From a virus (Duplodnaviria > Caudoviricetes): a DNA stretch of 64,000 nt. The position numbers and the translations under genes are program-made. The first letter of the stretch is position 1, and each line of letters opens with the position of its first letter. The stretch spans positions 1 to 64,000 of IMG/VR virus record IMGVR_UViG_3300033463_000011. The stretch is one strand, 5' to 3'. The notes under the pieces are model-generated. The model was given only the letters and a program-made list of their open reading frames with translations. It was not told the origin of the DNA and searched no databases. Shown here one piece after another: positions 30,500-38,611 of this stretch.

Positions 30500-31225
30500 A
30501 TGGGTTCAAAAGTCAAAAGTCTTGTGAACGACTATAAAGTTCTCTTAAGAAGTGTTCCAGCATTAATCACAACTATTTTTGTAGTCGGTACAATTTTGAT
30601 GAATTTGTCAGCCGCAAAAATCATTTTCAATGCTTGGAATGTAGCAGTCACTGGTGGTTTCATTTTAAGTTGGTTACCCTTCTTGTGCATGGATACTGTA
30701 GCAAAGAGGTTTGGTGCGAGAGCAGCTATCTTGCTTAACATCTTATCTGCTGCAGGAAATCTTTTTGCTGTATTATTCCTTGCATTAGTGGCAGTCATCC
30801 CTACTACAGAACCTTATACTGAATTCAATTACATCTTTGGTGCAGTTTGGTTCATTTGTTTAAGCAGCACAGTTGCATTCGTAGTATCTGGTGTAATCAA
30901 TAGTTTAGTAAATGTCGCTGTAGGTAAACTTTTCAAAGGTAAAACAAATATCATTGAATTTTTTACAAGAAGCGCGCTTTCTACATTTGTAGGTCAGGCA
31001 TTAGATAACTTCATTTTTATCGCTGGTGTTTATGTAGTATTTGCTCCGATATTCTGGGGAACAGAACCTCTTCCTATTCTTACATGTGTAGGTACTGCAA
31101 TCTTAGGTGGTCTTATGGAACTCCTATGCGAAGTACTTCTTACACCTCTTGGATACAAAATTGTTAAGGGATGGGAAAAGAACAATGTAGGCGAAGAATA
31201 TCTTAAACTTCATCCTCAGAAGTAA
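30500..31225 (+). CDS. yhhQ: Queuosine precursor transporter (YhhQ/VUT family)
   Basis: About 6 TM helices; FL..D....FG, RS..ST.VGQ.LD; que context. Confidence 0.85.
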   Translation: MGSKVKSLVNDYKVLLRSVPALITTIFVVGTILMNLSAAKIIFNAWNVAVTGGFILSWLPFLCMDTVAKRFGARAAILLNILSAAGNLFAVLFLALVAVIPTTEPYTEFNYIFGAVWFICLSSTVAFVVSGVINSLVNVAVGKLFKGKTNIIEFFTRSALSTFVGQALDNFIFIAGVYVVFAPIFWGTEPLPILTCVGTAILGGLMELLCEVLLTPLGYKIVKGWEKNNVGEEYLKLHPQK

Positions 31226-31233
31226 TTAAATTA

Positions 31234-31348
31234 GAGAGTTTTGTATCAACCTTGAAAGCCTCTCATTAAACAAAAATAACAGGTTACACAATAACACAAA
31301 TCGTTATATAGAGTGTAGCCAACAATTATGGTTACACTCTATCTTTTT
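31234..31348 (+). ncRNA. Putative preQ1-I-like riboswitch (transcriptional) with terminator
   Basis: P1 GAGAG/CUCUC; AACCU/AGGUU pseudoknot; terminator 31308-31348. Confidence 0.65.
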
Positions 31349-31362
31349 ATAAGGAGAAAAAT

Positions 31363-31863
31363 ATGTCCAGAAACGCAGAAGAATTACAAGGAGTAACATT
31401 ACTCGGAAATCAGAACACAAAGTACAAGTATGAATACGACCCAAGTATTCTTGAAACATTCGTAAATAAGAATCCCGATAACGATTACGTTATCACATTT
31501 GATGGATATGAAGGCACAAGTTTGTGTCCTAAGACAGGTCAGCCTGATTTCTTCAAAATGGTTATCAATTATATTGCTAACGAAAAATGTGTAGAATCAA
31601 AGAGTCTTAAGTTGTATCTGTTCAGTTTCCGTAGTACAGGTGAATTTCATGAAGACGTTGTTAACAGAATTGGTAAAGACCTTGTCAAGTTGTTAGACCC
31701 TAAATACCTCGAAGTAAGAGGTATATTCTCTCCAAGAGGTGGCATTGCTATCTATCCGTTCTTCAACTATGTAGGAGATACAAAGTACGAAAGCTTTGCA
31801 ATGCAGCGAAAGCTTGATACAATGCGTGATGCTTGTAACAGAACAGTAAAATATGATATGTAA
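31363..31863 (+). CDS. queF: NADPH-dependent preQ0 reductase, type I
   Basis: [26 protein letters not shown]. Confidence 0.95.
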   Translation: MSRNAEELQGVTLLGNQNTKYKYEYDPSILETFVNKNPDNDYVITFDGYEGTSLCPKTGQPDFFKMVINYIANEKCVESKSLKLYLFSFRSTGEFHEDVVNRIGKDLVKLLDPKYLEVRGIFSPRGGIAIYPFFNYVGDTKYESFAMQRKLDTMRDACNRTVKYDM

Positions 31864-31873
31864 GGAGAATCAT

Positions 31874-32572
31874 ATGAAAAAAGCATTAGTATTAAGTAGC
31901 GGAGGACTTGATTCCTCAGTGTGTGTTGCAAAAGCTGTAAAAGAGTTCGGAGCTGAAAATGTAGTGACTGCAAGTATATACTATGGACAGGCACACAAAA
32001 AGGAACTCTTAGCTGCTAAGAATATCGCAGAATACTACAATGTAAAGCATATTGAACGAGATATTTCTAGTGTTATGCAAGATGCAAAGAATGTATGCTC
32101 GCTTATGGAAGGTTCTTCTATTGAGATGAATGATAAGAGTTATGCGGAGCAAATTGCAGAAAACGGGAAACCTAACACAGAAGTGCCTATGAGAAACGGT
32201 CTATTTCTCATGGTTGCTGCATCTATTGCGATGAGTATTTTTCCTAATGAGGAAGTGGCAGTGATTTATGGGGCTCATAGTGATGACGCTGCTGGGTCTG
32301 CATATCCTGATTGCTCACCCGAATTTGCAGATAGAATAGATGAAGCAATTCAGATAGGTAGTAGAAACAAAGTTCATCTTGAGCGGCCACTCATAGATAT
32401 GACAAAGGCAGAAGTAGTTAAGCTTGGTCTTGAATTAGGTGTTGACTTTAGTAAGACTTGGTCGTGTTATCATGGCAGAGATAGAGCTTGCAAGGTATGC
32501 GGAACTTGCCGAGATAGACTTGCAGCATTTAAAGCTAATGGTGTAAAAGACCCTATTGAATACGAGGATTAA
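31874..32572 (+). CDS. queC: 7-cyano-7-deazaguanine synthase
   Basis: SGGLDS PP-loop, YGQ.H, VP.RN, YPDC, TWSCY...C..C..C. Confidence 0.95.
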   Translation: MKKALVLSSGGLDSSVCVAKAVKEFGAENVVTASIYYGQAHKKELLAAKNIAEYYNVKHIERDISSVMQDAKNVCSLMEGSSIEMNDKSYAEQIAENGKPNTEVPMRNGLFLMVAASIAMSIFPNEEVAVIYGAHSDDAAGSAYPDCSPEFADRIDEAIQIGSRNKVHLERPLIDMTKAEVVKLGLELGVDFSKTWSCYHGRDRACKVCGTCRDRLAAFKANGVKDPIEYED

Positions 32573-32574
32573 CA

Positions 32575-33018
32575 ATGAAAATAACTGAAGTAGAAACATT
32601 CGTAACATTTGAAGCCGCTCATAGATTATATGCAGTAGACACATATACTCAAGAATGCCGAAAGAATCTCCACGGTCATAGTTACGGAGTGAGGGTAGTT
32701 GCTAGTAGAAAATCAATGAATTCTGCAGGTATGGTTGTGGACTTTAAATTGCTTAAAGAAGTAGTTCATGATGTAATTGAAGTACCTTATGACCATTCTT
32801 GCATTCTTAAAGCAGATGACCCTCTTGCTGAGCCGATTAAGCTTAATTGTGAGAAGGTTCATATTGTAAATGAAAATCCTACTGCAGAATGGATGGCTAA
32901 GATATTCTTTGAAATGATTGAAGATGCACTCAAGAAGAAAGACCCTGAACTCTTCTTATCTTCTGTATCCGTTAGAGAAACTGAAAAGAATATTGCTACT
33001 GTAAGGAGAACCGAATGA
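32575..33018 (+). CDS. queD: 6-carboxytetrahydropterin synthase
   Basis: FEAAH, C..LHGHSY, DH, NPTAE, ET. Confidence 0.92.
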   Translation: MKITEVETFVTFEAAHRLYAVDTYTQECRKNLHGHSYGVRVVASRKSMNSAGMVVDFKLLKEVVHDVIEVPYDHSCILKADDPLAEPIKLNCEKVHIVNENPTAEWMAKIFFEMIEDALKKKDPELFLSSVSVRETEKNIATVRRTE

Positions 33019-33764
33019 TGAATACTATTCCTATTGTAGAAATATTTGGGCCTACGTTGCAAGGCGAGGGACCTAATGTAGGTGCAAGATGTATCTTTGT
33101 TCGTGTTAAGGGGTGTGATTTCAAATGTGAATGGTGCGATTCTAAATTCACTTGGAATAACAATAGTAGCGAAAAAATAGATTATGAACCTGAAACTCTT
33201 GCACAGTTACTTATTCATAAATGTCTTACTGATAATTGTAAACATATAGTACTTACAGGAGGTAATCCTTGTTTATATGATTTCACTTATGTATTATTCA
33301 AATTAAAAGCATTTGGTGTAAAAGTAGATATAGAGACACAAGGTTCATTAATTCCTGATTGGCTAACTATGATTGATACAATAGTATTTAGTCCTAAAGT
33401 TCCTTCGAGCGGCATGATAGATACCTATGATACTATTACAGAATTTATTAATAATAATGATCAAAGTAATCATACTATTGCTATTAAGATTCCAGTATTT
33501 AATGCAGATGATATAACATTTGCAAGAAACTATGCAAAGTTTGTAAACGAATTTACAAATAAAAGAGATAACAATATCAATCTTAGATTGTATCTTAGCG
33601 TAGGTAATTCAGATGTAAATACTAAAGAATCTATTCGCGATAGAGTTTTATCTGATTATGAAGAATTGCTAAATAGAATTAATCAATTCCCCAGCGATTT
33701 TGAAAATGTTTACATATTGCCTCAAATCCATACGTTAGTCTGGGGCAATAAGCAAGGAGTTTAA
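33015..33764 (+). CDS. queE: 7-carboxy-7-deazaguanine synthase (radical SAM)
   Basis: EIFG.TLQGEG, CxxxCxxCD, TGGNP, PQ.H. Confidence 0.95.
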   Translation: MMNTIPIVEIFGPTLQGEGPNVGARCIFVRVKGCDFKCEWCDSKFTWNNNSSEKIDYEPETLAQLLIHKCLTDNCKHIVLTGGNPCLYDFTYVLFKLKAFGVKVDIETQGSLIPDWLTMIDTIVFSPKVPSSGMIDTYDTITEFINNNDQSNHTIAIKIPVFNADDITFARNYAKFVNEFTNKRDNNINLRLYLSVGNSDVNTKESIRDRVLSDYEELLNRINQFPSDFENVYILPQIHTLVWGNKQGV

Positions 33765-33766
33765 TT

Positions 33767-33898
33767 ATGCAATTCTACGGAGGTCAGATTATATGTATGC
33801 AAGGTGAAATGAAAATTGATAATCTTAATTTCATATTAGACCTAATAGATGAATATATTGAACTTCTTGAATCTGTAGAAAATAAGCAAGGAGTATAA
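33767..33898 (+). CDS. 43-aa cassette gene inside the que operon
   Basis: Paralog of 1876..2025; flanked by 14-bp direct repeat. Confidence 0.75.
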   Translation: MQFYGGQIICMQGEMKIDNLNFILDLIDEYIELLESVENKQGV

Positions 33899-33900
33899 CA

Positions 33901-34029
33901 ATGGGATATAAGAAATTAGATATACCTAAGGTAGAAGAAGCAGTTAAGAATCTTCTTATAGCATTAGGCGAAGATGTAGAAAGAGAAGGATTAAAAGAAA
34001 CTCCACGAAGAGTAGCAAAGTATTGGTAA
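33901..34029 (+). pseudogene. folE: 5' fragment (42 aa) of a second folE
   Basis: LLIALGEDVEREGLKETPRRVAKYW* is a FolE N-terminus. Confidence 0.85.
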
Positions 34030-34048
34030 ATTATTAAGGAGACATTAT

Positions 34049-34633
34049 ATGAATACTCAAATTGATGCGGAAAAGATAAAGAAACTTACTAGAGAATTTT
34101 TGCTTGCCTTAGGAGATGACCCAGATAGAGAGGGGCTTAAAAAGACCCCTGATAGAGTGTCTAGAATGTGTTTAGAAATCTTCGAAGGTATGAATTATTC
34201 TAATCAGGATATTGCAGATAAGTTTAACACTTGTTTTGAAGATGTTGAAACCGGAGATCTTGTAGTAGAAAGCAATATCCCCATTCACTCATTTTGCGAG
34301 CATCATATTATGCTTATGTACGATATGTCTGTAGCAATTGGGTACTTACCAAAAGGAAAAGTTATTGGCTTAAGTAAGCTTGCTCGTATTGCAGATATGG
34401 TAGGTAAGCGATTGCAGCTACAAGAACGAATTGGATCCGATATTGCCGATATTCTTCAGGAAGTTCTTGGGACTTCGGATATTATTGTTGTAATTGAGGG
34501 AAAACATGGCTGCATGACTGCAAGAGGTATAAAGGCAAGAGAAGCAGTTACTCGAACAGCTACTTTAAGAGGTCGATTTGAATCAGATTCAGATCTTCGT
34601 TCTGAATTTTATGCTTTAATTCATAAACCTTAA
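34049..34633 (+). CDS. folE: GTP cyclohydrolase I
   Basis: REGL..TP.RV, CEHH, GLSKL, QER, H.CM..RG. Confidence 0.95.
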   Translation: MNTQIDAEKIKKLTREFLLALGDDPDREGLKKTPDRVSRMCLEIFEGMNYSNQDIADKFNTCFEDVETGDLVVESNIPIHSFCEHHIMLMYDMSVAIGYLPKGKVIGLSKLARIADMVGKRLQLQERIGSDIADILQEVLGTSDIIVVIEGKHGCMTARGIKAREAVTRTATLRGRFESDSDLRSEFYALIHKP

Positions 34634-34664
34634 ATATATCCAATCATATATGCGAGGTGATGAT

Positions 34665-35984
34665 ATGATCCCACTTAACTCTGCTCAAACAGCTGAACTT
34701 GCTGAGTTCTTAGGTCACGATCCATCTATTGATGGAGAATGGTCAATTACTCGTTCGCTTAATAACGGTCCGTGTATATACGCAGTTAATTCAAAGGGTA
34801 CTCTAGTAGTGAGATTAACTTGTATAGACCGTGCAGGTAGGATTCAAAAGCCTAGGTTATCTTCTATACGAGAGTACCCAGATCATTATTTGTTTTGCAA
34901 TTTAAATAATAAAGATATTAGAATGCATCGACTAATGGCCTATGTGTGGTTAGATGATTACGATGAAAATCTAACAGTTAACCATAAAGACGGAAACAAG
35001 CATAATAATGATTACCATAATTTAGAAATGCTGTCAGTCCATGATAACTGCATGCATTATCATCATTCTGATGAAATGTTACAAAAACGTAATCGGGATT
35101 ATGCGTATCATGGAACTCGGATCAAGGGCAGGATTCATATAACTAATGGAGTTGAATCCAAGATGATATACGAATCTGATGGAATTCCAGAAGGATGGTG
35201 GAGAGGTCGTTCAGATAGCGTGAAAAAGAAGTTGTCTGAATCATGCAAAGGGCATTCACCTTCTAATGCAGGTAAGTATTCTATAACTAACGGAATTGCA
35301 GTAAGATATATTTCTCCTGATGAAACTCTCCCTCAAGGATGGTCGAGAGGAGGGATTAACATGTCTGAATCTAAAAAGCAAAATATACGAGATAAAATGA
35401 CTGGAAAGGTGTTTGTTCATAGAGGTAAAGAAAATAAACGTGTATATTCTTATGAATTAGCTTCTTATTTATCCGAAGGTTGGGAATTAGGCATGTATGC
35501 AAAGCAATGGGATAGAACAGATACAGAATATACTGAAGAACGAAGAGAACATATGCGAAAAATAATGACTGGAAGTGGAAACCCTATGTATGGAAAGCAC
35601 TTATCAGAAGAAACAAAAGCTAAGTTGAGTGCTGCAAATAGAAATAGAGTGGTTTCTGCGGAGATAAGAAATAAAATAAGCGAATCTAAAAAAGGATATC
35701 ATCACACAGAAGAAGCTAAACAGAAGATGCGAGATGCTATGAAAGGGCGTGCAGCTAATAACACGGGATATATCTGGATAACTAATGGAAAAGATAATAA
35801 ACAAATTCCTGAAAGTGAATTGAATAAATATCCCGATTATAGGAAAGGCATATCTCGAGAGAAAGTCATACGAGTATTTGTCAACGATGGATATATTAAT
35901 CATAAGATCCCTATTTATGAACTTGATAGCTGGCTATCTCAAGGATATGTTCGAGGGTTATTGAAACATTCGAAAAATTCTTAA
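34665..35984 (+). CDS. HNH homing endonuclease with NUMOD3 and ITNG repeats
   Basis: HRLMA...VNHKDGNKHNN...NLE; NPMYGKHLSEETKAKLS. Confidence 0.85.
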   Translation: MIPLNSAQTAELAEFLGHDPSIDGEWSITRSLNNGPCIYAVNSKGTLVVRLTCIDRAGRIQKPRLSSIREYPDHYLFCNLNNKDIRMHRLMAYVWLDDYDENLTVNHKDGNKHNNDYHNLEMLSVHDNCMHYHHSDEMLQKRNRDYAYHGTRIKGRIHITNGVESKMIYESDGIPEGWWRGRSDSVKKKLSESCKGHSPSNAGKYSITNGIAVRYISPDETLPQGWSRGGINMSESKKQNIRDKMTGKVFVHRGKENKRVYSYELASYLSEGWELGMYAKQWDRTDTEYTEERREHMRKIMTGSGNPMYGKHLSEETKAKLSAANRNRVVSAEIRNKISESKKGYHHTEEAKQKMRDAMKGRAANNTGYIWITNGKDNKQIPESELNKYPDYRKGISREKVIRVFVNDGYINHKIPIYELDSWLSQGYVRGLLKHSKNS

Positions 35985-36113
35985 AATTTAAGAAAAGAAA
36001 TAGAAGGAAAAAGTACAAGAATTGCATCTATCTTCAATTAGGTAACATGAATCGTTATAATAGGTAGAGGAATTTATTTTCTACCTATTTTGTACTTAAG
36101 GAGACCTCGTTAA

Positions 36114-37592
36114 ATGGATAATATTTTTTACTGCTCAGCACTTGAGTTAGGTAATAAAGTAAACAAAGGAGATATTTCTCCTACAGAAATACTAGACGCA
36201 TATGAAAAGCGTATTGAAAAGATTAATCCTAAAATCAATGCTATCGTATATACGAAGTTTGACGAAGCTAGAGAACGAGCACTTGAGTTAGAAGCTCGAT
36301 TAGCAAAAGGCGAATATTGTGGGCCTTTCGCAGGAGTTCCAGTAGGATTAAAAGATTTCTTACCCAGTAAGAAGGGGTGGATATCTACTCACGGAGGTGT
36401 AGCCAGTTTAACTACTATTGATGAGTATGATTCAGAGATATGCAAAGCAATGGAGAAGTTAGGAGCTATTGTAATTGGCAAAACAAATTCACCTGCTTTT
36501 GGATTTAGAGGAACAACAGATAATAAGTTATACGGACCTACATCTACTCCATTTAACATCGAACATAATTCTGGTGGAAGTTCGGGAGGTAGTGCTTCGG
36601 CAGTAGCTGCAGGTATGATGGCAATTGCTGAAGGAGGCGATGCAGGTGGTTCAATCAGAATTCCTGCTGCTTGGTGCGGATGTTTTGGTCACAAACCTTC
36701 TGCTGGATTAGTTCCTAGTGTATGTAGACCCGATGCCTGGACCGCTACTCATCCTTATTGTTGCGGAGGTCCTATTACTAGAACAATAGACGATGCTGCA
36801 TTAGTATTAGCTTCTATGATAAAGTATGATCCGAGAGATCCGATTAGTGTAATGACTCCGCCTAGTTTGATTCAGAATATCTTAGATACTCATGGGATAG
36901 TTAAGAATAGAAAATATAAAATAGCCTATACTATGAATTTTGGTACACTCTTTCCGTATCCAGAACTTCAGATTGCCGAAGCTATAGAGAAAGTAATTAA
37001 TATTTTAGAAGAAAAAGGCAATACTATAAGTAAAGCTAATTTCAAATTCAATTATTCCCGTAAAGAAATTGAAGAAGCTTGGTTGCGTGGTATCAGTATT
37101 GATTCATCTATTGATAATGCTATTGCAAAAGATAATGGATTTGATTTAATCGGATACCATTCAGATGAATTACCTGAAGCATTCATTAAGTGGGATAAGC
37201 TCGCGTTTGAATCTACGATGATGGATTATAGAAAATTTCATGAAATCAGAACAGATATCTTAGATGCACATCTTAGAGTATTTGAAGATTGTGATATTAT
37301 CATTGCTCCAGTTGCTGGATGCATGCCTCCAAAAAATTCTGATAATTATGATACTCAAGGACCCGACCATATTGGAGACATAGAAGTTGATCCTTTAATC
37401 GGATTTTCATACACCTATCTTGAAAATATGATAGGAACTCCTGCAGCATCAGTACCTATTGGACTATCAAAAGATAATTTACCTATTGGGTTACAAATAA
37501 TTGGTAAACGATATCATGATGACGAAGTATTCGCAATCGCAAGACAGATAGAAATGATGATACCTTGGGATTATACTAAAATTCAGATTTAA
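36114..37592 (+). CDS. Amidase-signature family protein
   Basis: P.AGVP..LKD, GGSSGGSA, DAGGSIRIPA, LPIGLQ. Confidence 0.92.
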   Translation: MDNIFYCSALELGNKVNKGDISPTEILDAYEKRIEKINPKINAIVYTKFDEARERALELEARLAKGEYCGPFAGVPVGLKDFLPSKKGWISTHGGVASLTTIDEYDSEICKAMEKLGAIVIGKTNSPAFGFRGTTDNKLYGPTSTPFNIEHNSGGSSGGSASAVAAGMMAIAEGGDAGGSIRIPAAWCGCFGHKPSAGLVPSVCRPDAWTATHPYCCGGPITRTIDDAALVLASMIKYDPRDPISVMTPPSLIQNILDTHGIVKNRKYKIAYTMNFGTLFPYPELQIAEAIEKVINILEEKGNTISKANFKFNYSRKEIEEAWLRGISIDSSIDNAIAKDNGFDLIGYHSDELPEAFIKWDKLAFESTMMDYRKFHEIRTDILDAHLRVFEDCDIIIAPVAGCMPPKNSDNYDTQGPDHIGDIEVDPLIGFSYTYLENMIGTPAASVPIGLSKDNLPIGLQIIGKRYHDDEVFAIARQIEMMIPWDYTKIQI

Positions 37593-37609
37593 GATTGAAG
37601 GAGGCATCT

Positions 37610-38287
37610 ATGGAAGAACACTGGAGACCTGTTAAAGATTACGAAGGTTTGTATGAAGTAAGCGATTCAGGTAACGTTAGAAGCATAGATAGATATGAAA
37701 CATTTGTGAATAAGGAATCTACATATCCAGTAGTAAGATTTCGAAAAGGCACAAATTTACATATAACATATGAAGGAAAATCTCCTCGTGTCCAACTGTC
37801 TAAGTATCATAAACTCAAAAATGTACCTATATGCAACTTAGTTGCAGAAGCATTCATCCCGAATCCAAATGGTTATACATGTGTAAATCATAAAGATGGC
37901 AATAAGTTAAATAACTGTAAAGAAAATTTAGAATGGGCACCATTTTACTCTGTTGGCAAGTTTGAAAAAGAAAGCATAATCTCCGAAGAGTGGAGACCCA
38001 TTCCTGATTATGAAGACCTTTATGAAGTTTCAAATACTGGAAAAGTTAGGAGCATTCCACGAAAAGTAGTAAGAACTCGTAACAGAAATAACAGAAGTTT
38101 TGATGATTTAGCTAAATATAGCGCAAGAGAATTAAAACCGTGTAGGCATAATCAGAAAACTGGATTTGCAGTATACCATCTGCATAGAAGATACAAACCC
38201 GGATTTTATGGTCAAACGGATACATATCACGTCATCGAAGATTTGATTCAACTAGCGTTTCCAGAGTTGCATTCATGGGAGGATTAA
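37610..38287 (+). CDS. NUMOD4-HNH-NUMOD4 endonuclease-like protein
   Basis: Two WRP..YE.LYEVS..G.VRS; VNHKDGNKLNN..NLEW. Confidence 0.85.
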   Translation: MEEHWRPVKDYEGLYEVSDSGNVRSIDRYETFVNKESTYPVVRFRKGTNLHITYEGKSPRVQLSKYHKLKNVPICNLVAEAFIPNPNGYTCVNHKDGNKLNNCKENLEWAPFYSVGKFEKESIISEEWRPIPDYEDLYEVSNTGKVRSIPRKVVRTRNRNNRSFDDLAKYSARELKPCRHNQKTGFAVYHLHRRYKPGFYGQTDTYHVIEDLIQLAFPELHSWED

Positions 38288-38536
38288 ATGTTGGAAAATA
38301 TCATAATTGCAGTATTAAGCATAACGCTTGGAATAATTATAGCGAATATATTTAATCATGTAGAAATAAGTAACCTCAAAACTCAGCTGTTTAATTCTGA
38401 AGAAGAAAATGACAAACTGATGAAAGAAAACAAAGGGTTAAGAGAACACAACGCCAAACTATATGATCACTTGAAGGAAATACATGAATTACATGATGTT
38501 GCATTAAGCAACATACCTGATTTTGAGGAGTGGTAA
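38288..38536 (+). CDS. Small TM plus coiled-coil protein
   Basis: Hydrophobic N-terminus. Confidence 0.6.
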   Translation: MLENIIIAVLSITLGIIIANIFNHVEISNLKTQLFNSEEENDKLMKENKGLREHNAKLYDHLKEIHELHDVALSNIPDFEEW

Positions 38537-38611
38537 GCAATTTCTTTACTGATCAACCTTATTTACATATGTAAACAATATAAAAATTACATGTGTAATT
38601 GAGGTGACTGT

